DNA of 64,000 nucleotides from Lachnospiraceae bacterium UBA1683 (GCA_002320245.1 DCKD01000044.1:5225-69224); one strand, 5' to 3'. Numbered from the stretch's first letter, positions 18,558-28,422 are shown. Notes: generated by a model not told the origin, from the sequence alone. A program made the numbers and translations.

Positions 18558-19410
18558 CCGGCGTTTCCTCCTTCTCTAAAAATATGTCACGGTAAAGGCC
18601 CGGTGCCAGTCCGATAAATCGGTTGAAATAGTTCGTGAAATGACTCTGGTCGGAAAAGCCTGTCTGCATAGCCGCCTCTATCGGAGGTACCCCCTGCTCC
18701 AGAAGTTTCTTTGCTTTGCCAATGCGTATGTTCTCCAAGTAGCTGTATGGCGTGACGCCTTTGGACTTGGTAAAGGCCCGGAGCAGTGTGGATTTGCTAA
18801 GACCGGCATAGCGGCAGATCTGGTCTAAATAAATCCGGTCTGCAAAGTGCTGCTCCATAAAATCACAGGCTTTTTCAATTTCCTCCCGGCATTCCGGGAT
18901 GCATCTTTCAAAGGGCTGCCCGTACCGCTGAATCAGTAGGGATATGAGGAGTAACAGGTTTTCTTCCTTACCGAACTCACAGGAGCCTTTCATGACCAGT
19001 TCGTGGAGTGGGTGTAGGTAGCAGGTCACTTCCTCATCGAAGATCACATTTTTGGAAAAGCCGGGGAGTTCTCTTCTCCCGGTCACTTCTTCTGCCAGGT
19101 CCAGCATGACTTCTTTGGTGATATTAAATCCCCGGTAATCCAACGTGCCATCATCACTCTGCACACAGGCATGATTGTCTCCGGGATTGAAAAGAACGAT
19201 ATCACCTTTTGCTATGGTGTATTCTTGATTGCGACAGGAGAGGCAGCGTTCTCCGTCCTCGATAAATCCAATTACATAGTATTCATGGAAGTGGTTTGGA
19301 AATGGCTGTACGATTCCCTCAAAACGGTACGCCTCAATCCGAAGCTCATCATCATAAACCACCGTCCTTGTTTCTTTCTTCATGTTTGTTCCCTCCTTGC
19401 TGTTCTTCAT
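18550..19410 (-). CDS. AraC-family transcriptional regulator (cupin N-domain + HTH)
   Basis: The C-terminus (LDQICRYAGLSKSTLLRAFTK...IEAAMQTGFSDQSHFTNYFNRFIG) is the AraC signature. The alternative start is 19383. Confidence 0.9.
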   Translation of the reverse strand: MKNSKEGTNMKKETRTVVYDDELRIEAYRFEGIVQPFPNHFHEYYVIGFIEDGERCLSCRNQEYTIAKGDIVLFNPGDNHACVQSDDGTLDYRGFNITKEVMLDLAEEVTGRRELPGFSKNVIFDEEVTCYLHPLHELVMKGSCEFGKEENLLLLISLLIQRYGQPFERCIPECREEIEKACDFMEQHFADRIYLDQICRYAGLSKSTLLRAFTKSKGVTPYSYLENIRIGKAKKLLEQGVPPIEAAMQTGFSDQSHFTNYFNRFIGLAPGLYRDIFLEKEETPDE

Positions 19411-19612
19411 TGTAGCATTTCAAAATGCAAAAGGCTTGTAAAATATCTTCATTTTCTTCAGAATGGATAAAGGCTGGATAGTTTGCAAAGGGTGTGGTAT
19501 GCTGTAAGCAGGACATCAACATGGAAGCAGGAGCGTGAAAGCTATGACATTGAAATGGTGGATAAAGCTAACAGGACATCGTTACAAGTTGGAATGATGG
19601 GAGGTGCGTTTT

Positions 19613-20281
19613 ATGGCAAACATTTTGATCGTAGAAGATGAAAAAAATATGCAGGATATTATTGCTGAATATATGCAGCGCGGTGGACATACCTGTTTTA
19701 TGGCAGACGATGGAGTGGATGCGCTGCTGATACTGAAAAATAATCCTATGGATTTGATGATACTGGATATTATGATGCCTCATCTGGACGGTTTTGCCGT
19801 GTGCAAAATGGCAAGGGAAATGAGTAATCTGCCTATTATCATGTTGACTGCGAAAAGCAGCGAAGACGATAAACTAAAAGGGTATGAATTGGGCGCAGAT
19901 GATTACATGACAAAACCATTCAGCCCCAGGGTGCTGCTGGCAAAAGCGAATGCTTTGCTGCGCCGTTCTTCTGTTGCCCCGGCAGAAACCATAAGCGTCG
20001 GTAAAATTTCCATAATCCCCGCTTCTCATAAGGTCTTTCTGGATGGACAGGAAATCACTTTGACCCATAAGGAATATGAGCTGCTTCATTTTTTCATGTC
20101 AAACCCCGGACAGATTTTTAGCCGGGAGCAGCTGCTGAACCGGATATGGGGATATGATTTTGAGGGAACGACCCGAACGGTAGACACACATATCAAAACG
20201 CTGCGGCAGAAATTGGGGGACGAAAGCAAACATATTGTGACGCTTATCCGTTCCGGCTATAAGTTTGAGGTGGCAGTATGA
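19613..20281 (+). CDS. OmpR-family response regulator (TCS-1)
   Basis: Receiver domain (ILIVEDE...LMILDIMMPHLDG...LTAK) plus winged-helix C-terminus (TVDTHIKTLRQKLG...IRSGYKF). Confidence 0.92.
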   Translation: MANILIVEDEKNMQDIIAEYMQRGGHTCFMADDGVDALLILKNNPMDLMILDIMMPHLDGFAVCKMAREMSNLPIIMLTAKSSEDDKLKGYELGADDYMTKPFSPRVLLAKANALLRRSSVAPAETISVGKISIIPASHKVFLDGQEITLTHKEYELLHFFMSNPGQIFSREQLLNRIWGYDFEGTTRTVDTHIKTLRQKLGDESKHIVTLIRSGYKFEVAV

Positions 20282-21354
20282 GTATAAAAGATAACTTTAC
20301 CTTGAAGACTGTCCGCAAAAAAATCATAATGGTTTCCAAGACAGCGGGAATTATTTTGATTATTTCTTATGTTGTATCAACCCGACTGCCCATCGACCCG
20401 GATATTTCATTTTGGATTTGGCTTTGCTTTGTCACGGCGCTGGTTTTGGTTGTTGACTATTTAATGGGGCGCTTTATCTCAAATCCTGTTTCCGAGTTGA
20501 GCCGGGCTGCCCGCCAAATGGCACATCTTGATTTTTCGTCTCCCTGTAAAATCAATACGAATGACGAATTTGGTGAGTTATCTAAAAACCTTAATAAAAT
20601 GTCTCAAAATTTGCAGCAGGCGCTTTCAGAGCTTCAAACTGCAAACGCCCAGCTTGAAAAGGACGTGGAACAGGAAAGGCTTCTTCTGATGGAAAGAAAG
20701 GAACTGGTAGACAGCCTTTCCCACGAAATGAAAACCCCATTAGGCGTTATCCGGGCGTATGCCGAGGGCTTACAAGATGAAACAGATGAAGCAAAAAGGC
20801 AAAAATATTCCGAGGTCATCATAGCCGAAACGGAGCGCATGAGCAGCTTAATTACTACGTTACTTGATTTGTCTGCGCTGGAAAACGGAGCTACACAGCT
20901 TCATCCGGAACGCTTTGACTTTGTTGAATTTCTGGAAACGGTTGCCGGGCGGCTTCTAATTGATACCCCGGATGCGGATTTTGTTTTGCAGTACGAGCTT
21001 CCAGAGTATCCCGTCTATGTCAATACCGATAAAAGCCGTATGGAACAGGTTTTAGATAACCTGATTGTCAATGCGAAAAGGAATGTCCAGCCGGGCGGTG
21101 TTTTGAAGTTGACCTTAAAAGAAAGCGCTTGTATGTTGGATTTCACTATTTTTAACCAAGGGCCGCCCATCCCGCAGGAAAACCTTTCAAAAATCTGGAC
21201 AAAATTCTACCGTGACAGAAATTCCAAATACAGCGGTTCGGGGCTGGGACTTGCCATTGTTGCACAGATTCTATCTATGCAGCATTTAACCTATGGCGCT
21301 GCAAACCAGCCCGGAGGCGTGGCGTTTTACTTCTCTATTCCCACGATAAAATGA
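20278..21354 (+). CDS. sensor histidine kinase (TCS-1)
   Basis: Two TM segments, a HAMP-like linker, the H-box SHEMKTPL, and G-box GSGLGLAIV. It has a 4-nt overlap with the response regulator. Confidence 0.92.
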   Translation: MSIKDNFTLKTVRKKIIMVSKTAGIILIISYVVSTRLPIDPDISFWIWLCFVTALVLVVDYLMGRFISNPVSELSRAARQMAHLDFSSPCKINTNDEFGELSKNLNKMSQNLQQALSELQTANAQLEKDVEQERLLLMERKELVDSLSHEMKTPLGVIRAYAEGLQDETDEAKRQKYSEVIIAETERMSSLITTLLDLSALENGATQLHPERFDFVEFLETVAGRLLIDTPDADFVLQYELPEYPVYVNTDKSRMEQVLDNLIVNAKRNVQPGGVLKLTLKESACMLDFTIFNQGPPIPQENLSKIWTKFYRDRNSKYSGSGLGLAIVAQILSMQHLTYGAANQPGGVAFYFSIPTIK

Positions 21355-21373
21355 CAACCTGATATTTGCAGAT

Positions 21374-21416
21374 AGGCTTCTGTTCTCCAAAAGGAAACGG
21401 AAGCCTTTTCTTTTTT
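21374..21416 (+). terminator. rho-independent terminator after TCS-1
   Basis: AGGCTTC...GAAGCCT stem followed by TTTTCTTTTTT. Confidence 0.65.
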
Positions 21417-21428
21417 CGCTCAAAAGAT

Positions 21429-21461
21429 TTCACACCAACTTCACACCGACCTCACACCGAT
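21429..21461 (+). promoter_or_regulatory. three tandem 11-bp direct repeats TTCACACC(A/G)AC: probable OmpR-type response-regulator binding site
   Basis: TTCACACCAAC TTCACACCGAC CTCACACCGAT, with one helical turn of spacing, about 65 nt upstream of the ABC operon. Confidence 0.55.
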
Positions 21462-21525
21462 TTCAAAGCATTTTCTTATCTTTATCCCACAAAGAGGGAA
21501 CACCCCTCAAAATAAGGAGGTAACG

Positions 21526-21684
21526 ATGATGTTTTTAGGTTTGGAATGGTACTGGTGGCTTGTAATTCTGGGGGTGCTGGCAATCTCTATCCCGGTCAAG
21601 GTAAAGTTTATGAAGTGGTGGAATGAACGCCAGCGGGAAAAGAAAAAGGAGCAGCGCGGAAAATGGGGGGATGAAAATGATTGA
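21526..21684 (+). CDS. small membrane protein (52 aa), not in the supplied ORF track
   Basis: AAGGAGG lies 6 nt upstream of the ATG. The sequence is MMFLGLEWYWWLVILGVLAISIPVKVKFMKWWNERQREKKKEQRGKWGDEND: one TM plus a basic tail. Its stop overlaps the ABC ATPase start. Confidence 0.55.
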   Translation: MMFLGLEWYWWLVILGVLAISIPVKVKFMKWWNERQREKKKEQRGKWGDEND

Positions 21685-22525
21685 CGTAAAGGACTTGACA
21701 TTTTCCTATGGGAAAGACAAACAGGCATTGCATGGCCTGAATTTCTCCGTGGGAGATGGCGAAATCTTTGGGTTTTTAGGGCCGAATGGTTCCGGCAAGT
21801 CAACAACCCAAAAGATACTAACGGGCATTTTGAAAGGACATGGGGGTACGGTATCTTTATTCGGGCAGGACATCAAAAACGCACATACACAGGAATTTTT
21901 TCAAAAAATCGGCGTCCTGTTTGAGTTTCCCTATCTGTATGCCAATTTAAGCGCCCTTGACAATCTCCATTATTTTGCCTCGTTCTATCCCAAGGAGCAA
22001 CTGCGGGATGCGGAAGAACTGCTTGACGAGCTGGAATTTAAGAGGGACTTTTTGAAAAAGCCGGTTTCCTCCTACTCAAAGGGGATGCGCCAGCGTGTCA
22101 GCATGGCGCGGGCCTTAATCAGCAACCCGAAGCTCCTGTTTTTAGACGAGCCGACCAGCGGCCTTGATCCTGCCGGAGCTGTCCTCTTTCGTAAGATTAT
22201 AGAGAAAGAACGACAGAAAGGCACGACAGTATTTTTGACAACGCACAATATGCTGGACGCTGATCTGCTCTGTGACAGAGTAGCGTTTATCTCCAATGGA
22301 AATATTGTGGCGCTGGATACGCCAAGGAATCTGAAAGAGCAAAACAGCAATCACAGCATTGTCATTGACTATCTGTATCAGGGCAAGCGGGAGGAACAGA
22401 CGATGGAAGCCCCGGAGCTGAAAGCCGGTATTCCTTTTGTATATGACGAATTAATCAGCGTTCACTCACAGGAACCGACTTTGGAGGATATGTTTATTCA
22501 ATATACAGGGAGGGGGCTGACTTAA
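21671..22525 (+). CDS. ABC transporter ATP-binding protein (ABC-2 type)
   Basis: Walker A GPNGSGKST, signature YSKGMRQR, Walker B LLFLDEPTSGLD. The start was taken at MKMIDVKDL. Confidence 0.9.
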   Translation: MKMIDVKDLTFSYGKDKQALHGLNFSVGDGEIFGFLGPNGSGKSTTQKILTGILKGHGGTVSLFGQDIKNAHTQEFFQKIGVLFEFPYLYANLSALDNLHYFASFYPKEQLRDAEELLDELEFKRDFLKKPVSSYSKGMRQRVSMARALISNPKLLFLDEPTSGLDPAGAVLFRKIIEKERQKGTTVFLTTHNMLDADLLCDRVAFISNGNIVALDTPRNLKEQNSNHSIVIDYLYQGKREEQTMEAPELKAGIPFVYDELISVHSQEPTLEDMFIQYTGRGLT

Positions 22526-23517
22526 TGTGGAGAGGATTTTCCCATTTACTGAAAAAAGACTTCAAGTTGATGTTGTCCAGTAAATTTTTTCTGTTGGCTC
22601 TTATCTCACTTGTCTTATATTCCTGCTATATCAATTTTGTGTATGTGAATTTAGATCAGGAGATGTACCCTGTTTATCTTTATGACCCACAGGATAAGCT
22701 GTCTGTCACTTCGGAGTATATTACAAAGATAGACAGTCGGGAGGCCGTGGAAACGGCCTGTGCTGACCAATATTCTGTTGGTTTTGATTTTTCTGCTGAT
22801 AAGCCGGAATTGTATATGCTTTCTAGCGGTTTGGAAACCACCGATCACTACCGCATGGTTTGGGGTGAAGCTGTCATAAATGGAAATGTGGATGGGCAGG
22901 CAGGTGTAATCGGCACCAACAACAAGGAAATGAAAAACCGCCGGGAAATTACCGCTGAATTTCTGTTTTTTGAATTATCAGCAGTTGGATTTTTGGGGCT
23001 GGCCTCCATGCTCTTTAAGGAGAAGCAGATGGGTGTGATACGGGTACACGGGATACTCCCTGTCCGCCGTTCTATGTTCATTTTATCCAAACTGCTCCTG
23101 CTGTTGGTTTCAGATTTGATGTTCACGTCCTTGCTGACAGTGATCAATCTGGGGGTTCCGTATGCCATTGATGTACTGCCGGAAGTTCTCTTGCAGGCAG
23201 GTATTTTATCACTGATTATGACGTTGGTCGGTTTCTTTTGCGCGATCCGGCTACCAGATTTCAAACAGTTTTCCTTGTTTTATCTTGTGCTTGCGGTTTT
23301 TGTGACAACGCCCGTATTTCTGGCAGGACAGACCGGCATTGCATGGGACTGGATTGTTTACCACCCAATGTACCATTTATTTGAGGCGATGAAAGCGGCT
23401 TATTTTTCTACACCAATGGTGGAAGCGCCTTATTACTTGATTTGTTTTGGAGCAATTATTCTTTTGTTCCTACTTGTCTATCAGACATTGAACTGCGAAA
23501 TGGCAAAGGAGGGATAG
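22525..23517 (+). CDS. ABC-2-type transporter permease
   Basis: 330 aa: an N-terminal TM, a large extracytoplasmic loop, then about 5 C-terminal TMs. It is coupled to the ATPase (TAATG). Confidence 0.7.
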   Translation: MWRGFSHLLKKDFKLMLSSKFFLLALISLVLYSCYINFVYVNLDQEMYPVYLYDPQDKLSVTSEYITKIDSREAVETACADQYSVGFDFSADKPELYMLSSGLETTDHYRMVWGEAVINGNVDGQAGVIGTNNKEMKNRREITAEFLFFELSAVGFLGLASMLFKEKQMGVIRVHGILPVRRSMFILSKLLLLLVSDLMFTSLLTVINLGVPYAIDVLPEVLLQAGILSLIMTLVGFFCAIRLPDFKQFSLFYLVLAVFVTTPVFLAGQTGIAWDWIVYHPMYHLFEAMKAAYFSTPMVEAPYYLICFGAIILLFLLVYQTLNCEMAKEG

Positions 23518-23520
23518 GGA

Positions 23521-24537
23521 ATGAAAGGATTAAAATATCAACTTAAAAGTATTCGCCGCGATAAAATGTGCATTTTGACCTTTCTGCTCCCGGTCATTGT
23601 CGGTATCGCTATCAATCTGCTTTCAGGTGTGAGTTTTCAGTCAATGGGCGAAACCGCATTTGGCGTTTTGGAAAACAATATCTCTGCTGATACGGTCGAA
23701 TGGCTGCAATCAAACGGAACTGTTACGCAATATGAAACGCTCGATGAACTTCGAGAAGCCGTAAACAATCCGTCCACCCAAATGATAGGCGTTCTGCAAA
23801 CTGGTAACGCGATACAGACCTTTCTTTCGGGGGACGAATTAGAGGTAAACAGAAGGATTGCAGATACGCTCCCACAGATTTATGAAAATCGAATAGAACA
23901 GTTGTCGCTTGACAAGACGATCATCCCGGTGAAAACAGATAATAATGAGGGGTTGAAATCTCTTTTAATCGTGCTCGCTTTGGTTACGGCTATGTTTATG
24001 GGCTGTACCTTTAATGCAATGAATATCATCAGTGAGAAAGAGGACGGTATAGAATTTATCAATCAGGTACTTCCTACGACAACAAAATCCTATGTGGTTC
24101 AGAAAATGCTTTTAGGCTTTATTGGAGGTAGTGTTTCAACTATTGTAACTGCATTTATCTGTTTGCGGATAGAGGCAGTACAGATATTACCGTTTTTACT
24201 GATTGTCCTGTTCTCTGCTTATATTTCGGCTTTGATAGGATTGTTCATCGGTTACTTTTCAAATGGACTAATGGTGGGAATTGTTTACATCAAGATCGTA
24301 ATGATTTTGTTTCTTGCTCCGCCTATCTTCTTTTATCTGACGGTTCCAGATAACAGTATCATTTTTATACTTTCGTATCTGATACCGTCAAGTGCAACCT
24401 TTGAGGGCATTATGAATTTGGCAAATGGCAGTACCACAATAGCGTTCAAAGATATTTTTGTTCTTGTTGTTCATTGCATATTTTGGTTTTTGACCTATTT
24501 GCTTATATCGGAACGCCAGAAAAACAGGTATAACTGA
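23521..24537 (+). CDS. ABC-2-type transporter permease (second subunit)
   Basis: 338 aa with the same topology as the preceding permease. Confidence 0.7.
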   Translation: MKGLKYQLKSIRRDKMCILTFLLPVIVGIAINLLSGVSFQSMGETAFGVLENNISADTVEWLQSNGTVTQYETLDELREAVNNPSTQMIGVLQTGNAIQTFLSGDELEVNRRIADTLPQIYENRIEQLSLDKTIIPVKTDNNEGLKSLLIVLALVTAMFMGCTFNAMNIISEKEDGIEFINQVLPTTTKSYVVQKMLLGFIGGSVSTIVTAFICLRIEAVQILPFLLIVLFSAYISALIGLFIGYFSNGLMVGIVYIKIVMILFLAPPIFFYLTVPDNSIIFILSYLIPSSATFEGIMNLANGSTTIAFKDIFVLVVHCIFWFLTYLLISERQKNRYN

Positions 24538-24556
24538 CCTCGAGTAAGGAAATGAA

Positions 24557-24988
24557 ATGGCGGTGAAAACTATGGTGGATATCTTAATTATTGAGTCTGG
24601 GAAGGAAGATGGGATACTAAATGAAATAGTGGATTTTATATCTTCAAGGACACAGTGCCGGGTTATGAACTTACTGCCGAATTTAAATAAAAATCATTCT
24701 GCTGAAGTTTTGTCTTTTGCCGGCATAGAAGTTCGTGTCTATGAGCAGACCGTCTACCAGGATGGAGAATTAGTGCCAATGCCCCACCATGAGTTTTTTA
24801 CGTTACTCTATCTGGCACAGCATCCCGGATGGGTATTCTCGAAAGAACAAATCTATGAGGCAGTATGGAAATCGCCTGGAGATGAGTGTGGATCAGCAGT
24901 GACAAATGTGATCAGCCAGATTCGGAAGAAGATCGGGGATAGGTATATAGAAACTGTAATTAACAGCGGGTATAAATTTGTGGGATAG
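24557..24988 (+). CDS. orphan winged-helix (OmpR/PhoB Trans_reg_C-type) DNA-binding protein, copy 1
   Basis: C-terminus HHEFFTLLYLAQHPGWVFSKEQIYEAVW...VISQIRKKIGDRYIETVINSGYKFVG. The N-terminus is too short (about 50 aa) to be a receiver domain. Confidence 0.8.
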   Translation: MAVKTMVDILIIESGKEDGILNEIVDFISSRTQCRVMNLLPNLNKNHSAEVLSFAGIEVRVYEQTVYQDGELVPMPHHEFFTLLYLAQHPGWVFSKEQIYEAVWKSPGDECGSAVTNVISQIRKKIGDRYIETVINSGYKFVG

Positions 24989-25002
24989 AAAACGAAAGAT
25001 AA

Positions 25003-25363
25003 GGGCATCTGCTAGTGAGACTGGCGGGTGCTTTTTTCTCACAGATATGGTATGCTGTTAGCAGAATTATTTATCGGAGGTACGAGTATGGAAGAACAGC
25101 AGAATCCATTGACTTATGAAATCATCAAAGCGGCGGTTGCCGGAGAGAAATGGGCAACAGAAAAAGTTATTGCACACTACGATTCTTATATTGAAGAACT
25201 CGCCACGGTAAAAGAAAGACAGCCGGACGGCAGCGTGAGAACCTATGTGGACGAGGACATGAAACAGGAGATCATATTGAAGTTGTTGGAGAAGATACTA
25301 GACTTCCCATTGAAGGAAGCGGAGAGGATAGCAGGAGGGAAAACTGAGTTGGAGGCTGGTTAG
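25003..25363. repeat. repeat C, copy 1 (terminator + leader + orf8-like gene; second copy at 30086-30443)
   Basis: GCATCTGCTAGTG..GGCGGGTGCTTTTTTCTCACAGATATGGTATGCTGTTAGCA is shared almost exactly. The coding part is roughly 85% identical by eye. Confidence 0.85.
25088..25363 (+). CDS. Tn916 orf8-like helix-turn-helix protein (conjugative-transposon HTH family), copy 1
   Basis: LTYEIIKAAVAGEKWATEKVIAHYDSYIEEL... is paralogous to 30171-30443 and 44298-44546. Confidence 0.65.
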   Translation: MEEQQNPLTYEIIKAAVAGEKWATEKVIAHYDSYIEELATVKERQPDGSVRTYVDEDMKQEIILKLLEKILDFPLKEAERIAGGKTELEAG

Positions 25364-25384
25364 AGAAGAAGTAGATATACACAA

Positions 25385-25518
25385 AGTTACTTGGAAATTA
25401 AAACCCAGAGCATTGAGGGGTGGCGGTGATGAATGTAATAAGCCAAATCAGGCAGAAGATCGGAGATAGGTACATAGAAACGGCGGTTGGGATCGGGTAT
25501 AAGTTTCAGATTGTGTAA
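25385..25518 (+). pseudogene. 3' fragment of an orphan winged-helix gene
   Basis: It aligns with 34600-34736. TGA replaces the Cys codon of ...EHCGAAV.... Only ...MNVISQIRQKIGDRYIETAVGIGYKFQIV remains open. Confidence 0.75.
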
Positions 25519-25689
25519 TTCTGAGCCGATAGCAGGCATTTGGAAACAGATGTGGCTATCGGCTCTAGTGTTGTGTTAATGATTAGAGAGTTGAGATAAC
25601 CAGCTTTTAGAGGTAAAATAAAAAAGACCAGAGCTATTGCTTGAGATAAATCAAGTCGAATGGAAGAAAAGCCATCAAGGAGGAAATCA

Positions 25690-26364
25690 ATGGTTACAAT
25701 ATATTATGTTGAGGATGATTGGGATATCGCAGAGAATGTAAAAACATATCTGGAAATCCGGCAGATGGAAGTATCTTTATATTATAGTATCGCTGATGCG
25801 AAACAAGCATTACTGATAAAGCGTCCAGACCTCCTTTTGGTGGATCGGAATATGCCAGATGGAAATGGGGATGAAATGTGTAAATGGATTCGCCGCTTAT
25901 GGGGAAATCAGCTTCCAATTCTTTATTTAACGGTTCGGGGAGAAACGGCAGATATTGTTCAGGGATTTCAGGATGGAGCAGATGATTATGTGGTAAAACC
26001 GTTTGAGTTGGAGGTGTTGTATTCCCGTATCCTGGCATTGTTGCGCCGGAGTGGACAAACAAAGGAAACCCGGCTTTTCTGCGATAATCTTTTGCTGGAC
26101 ACAGATAAAATGTCTGTTTTTTGGGAACAGGAAGAAATTCTGTTGAGTCAGCCGGAATATCAGCTGCTCCTTCTGCTGATGGAAAACAAAGGAAAAACGG
26201 TAACCAGAAGACAGCTATTGGAACAGGTATGGGACAGCAATGGAAATTATGTGAATGACAATACATTGACCGTGACAATGAAACGCTTGCGGGAGAAATT
26301 ACACAATCCGACCTGCCTGAAAACCATACGCAGTTTTGGTTATCGACTGGAGGAAAGCATATGA
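25690..26364 (+). CDS. OmpR-family response regulator (TCS-2)
   Basis: IYYVEDD...LLLVDRNMPDGNG...LTVR plus the winged helix TLTVTMKRLREKL...IRSFGYRL. Confidence 0.9.
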   Translation: MVTIYYVEDDWDIAENVKTYLEIRQMEVSLYYSIADAKQALLIKRPDLLLVDRNMPDGNGDEMCKWIRRLWGNQLPILYLTVRGETADIVQGFQDGADDYVVKPFELEVLYSRILALLRRSGQTKETRLFCDNLLLDTDKMSVFWEQEEILLSQPEYQLLLLLMENKGKTVTRRQLLEQVWDSNGNYVNDNTLTVTMKRLREKLHNPTCLKTIRSFGYRLEESI

Positions 26365-27548
26365 CAGAGATAAGGAAACAGAGACTAACAGTTTGGGTGC
26401 CGGTGCTGGTGTGTGTTGTCAGTATTATTGGCATAACAGTTTTTTGGCAGTATGAATACCGGCAGGCTGCCTTTGAACATGTGTCCAAATTTTGTGAAAT
26501 CATCATAGAAAATCATCCGGAAGGAGAGGAGCAGACACTTTCTGCATTGAAACAATATCATACGCTGGCAGAGCAGGAAGTGAAAGGAAATCAGTTTCTG
26601 AAGCAGTATGGATATCGAAATAATGAATTCTGCGAAGGTGTTCTGTGGAACTTTTTCATTCCTTCTGTAGTTTTAATACTTTTGGTGATCTGTGGATTTC
26701 TACTTACTGTATGGCGTATGAATAAGCGTAATCGAATGAGAATAGCGGAACTGACGAGTTATCTGGAGCAGGTCAATGTTGGTGCTGCCGGAACAGTCAT
26801 ACAGGTGAAAGAAGATGAATTTTCTCATCTCCAGGATGAAATATATAAGACAGTTACATCTCTGTATCAGACAAGGGAGGCAGCGGTGCAGGCAAAAGTG
26901 AATTTTGCAAATAATCTGGCAAATATAGCCCACCAATTAAAGACACCGATTACTTCCGCCTTTCTTTCTTTGCAGCTTATGAAGAATACAACACCCAATA
27001 CTTATGGAGAACAGATTGAGAGACAGTTGAATCGGTTAAACAGATTAGAAGAATCATTGTTGACGCTTTCTAAGATTGATGCCGGTACTTTGCATTTAGA
27101 ATTTTCACAGGTGGATATTTACACAGCGTTAAACCTTGCAGCGGAGAATTTGAATGATTTACTGTTGAAAGAGAATGTCTCTGTGGATATTCCAGATCAT
27201 GGGGGTATTGAAATCTATGGAGACATGGAGTGGATAATGGAAGCCCTTATGAATTTGATGAAAAATTGCATGGAGCACTCTAAGCATGGAGGAACGATAC
27301 ATTGTGATTATTCCAGCAATCCGCTTTATGCGGAAATCCTGATATGGGATGATGGAGAGGGCTTTCAGGCAGAAGATATACCACACCTTTTTGAGCGGTT
27401 TTATCGAGGAAAAGGTACTGCCGGAAATGGAATAGGGATTGGATTGTCCCTAGCGCATTCTATTTTTGAGCTGCAGAACGGCAATATTACTGCCCGGAAT
27501 CTGCCAGAAGGCGGAGCGTGTTTTGAAATAAGGGTGTACAGTCACTGA
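26361..27548 (+). CDS. sensor histidine kinase (TCS-2)
   Basis: H-box AHQLKTPI, N-box LMNLMKNCMEHS, G-box GNGIGIGLSLA. Confidence 0.9.
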   Translation: MTEIRKQRLTVWVPVLVCVVSIIGITVFWQYEYRQAAFEHVSKFCEIIIENHPEGEEQTLSALKQYHTLAEQEVKGNQFLKQYGYRNNEFCEGVLWNFFIPSVVLILLVICGFLLTVWRMNKRNRMRIAELTSYLEQVNVGAAGTVIQVKEDEFSHLQDEIYKTVTSLYQTREAAVQAKVNFANNLANIAHQLKTPITSAFLSLQLMKNTTPNTYGEQIERQLNRLNRLEESLLTLSKIDAGTLHLEFSQVDIYTALNLAAENLNDLLLKENVSVDIPDHGGIEIYGDMEWIMEALMNLMKNCMEHSKHGGTIHCDYSSNPLYAEILIWDDGEGFQAEDIPHLFERFYRGKGTAGNGIGIGLSLAHSIFELQNGNITARNLPEGGACFEIRVYSH

Positions 27549-27563
27549 GATGTCACTTTCCTT

Positions 27564-27572
27564 TGTTATAAT
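27564..27572 (+). promoter_or_regulatory. extended -10 element TGTTATAAT upstream of the truncated ABC gene
   Basis: Read directly from the sequence. I found no good -35, which is consistent with an activator-dependent promoter. Confidence 0.4.
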
Positions 27573-27693
27573 GTGACTTGTAAGAAGGATGCTCTGCTTG
27601 CAGAAGCATGATTCGCAAGTCAACGAGGGAAAATGCGAAGCATTTTTTCGAGTGGCAATGAATATCAGCCTATAACAAAAAGGAGAGGATGTC

Positions 27694-28254
27694 ATGGAGA
27701 TACTAAAATGTGAAGGAATCAGAAAAGTATATGGTTCGGGCGAAAACTGTGTTACGGCTTTAGATCGGATCGATTTGTCTGTGGACAAAGGAGAGTTTGT
27801 TGCCATTGTAGGCGCATCCGGTTCAGGAAAGTCTACGCTTTTACATATTCTTGGAAGCGTGGATCAGCCGACAGAAGGAAAAATTGTAGTGGAAGGAACA
27901 GATATTTCTACCATGAACCGGACACAGTCGGCTATTTTCCGGAGAAGAAAAGTGGGGCTGGTCTATCAGTTTTATAATCTGATCCCTACGCTTACCATTC
28001 GGAAAAATATCCTCATGCCGCTTTCTCTGGACAAAAGGAAACCGAACCAGGAGTATTTTGAACAGGTCGTAAACACGTTAGGCATTGCTGATAAGCTGGA
28101 CTTTCTTCCCAACCAGTTATCCGGCGGACAACAGCAGCGTGCAGCCATAGCAAGGTCTTTGATTTACCGACCAGCTCTCTTACTCGCTGATGACTGTGAG
28201 ATAATAGGACTAACAAGGAGAAACCCAATAAAATCAAGGGTTCTATCATGTTAG
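27694..28254 (+). pseudogene. BceA/MacB-type ABC ATPase truncated inside Walker B
   Basis: Normal through GASGSGKST, LSGGQQQR and ALLLAD. At about 28196 it diverges (DCEIIGLTRRN...) where EPTGNLD is expected. No FtsX-type permease follows. Confidence 0.8.
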
Positions 28255-28422
28255 TTCTATTTTTTTGACCGAAAATGAACATGATTTTATGGATTTGGAA
28301 AGGAGATCCCGTCAGTGATTGACTGATTAAAAAATATAGAAAGATAGGGTATAACGAAGAAAGCTGTATCAGCAGAAGATAAAAATAAATACTCAGAAAG
28401 GAAAGTTAAGGGAGGGATAAGA

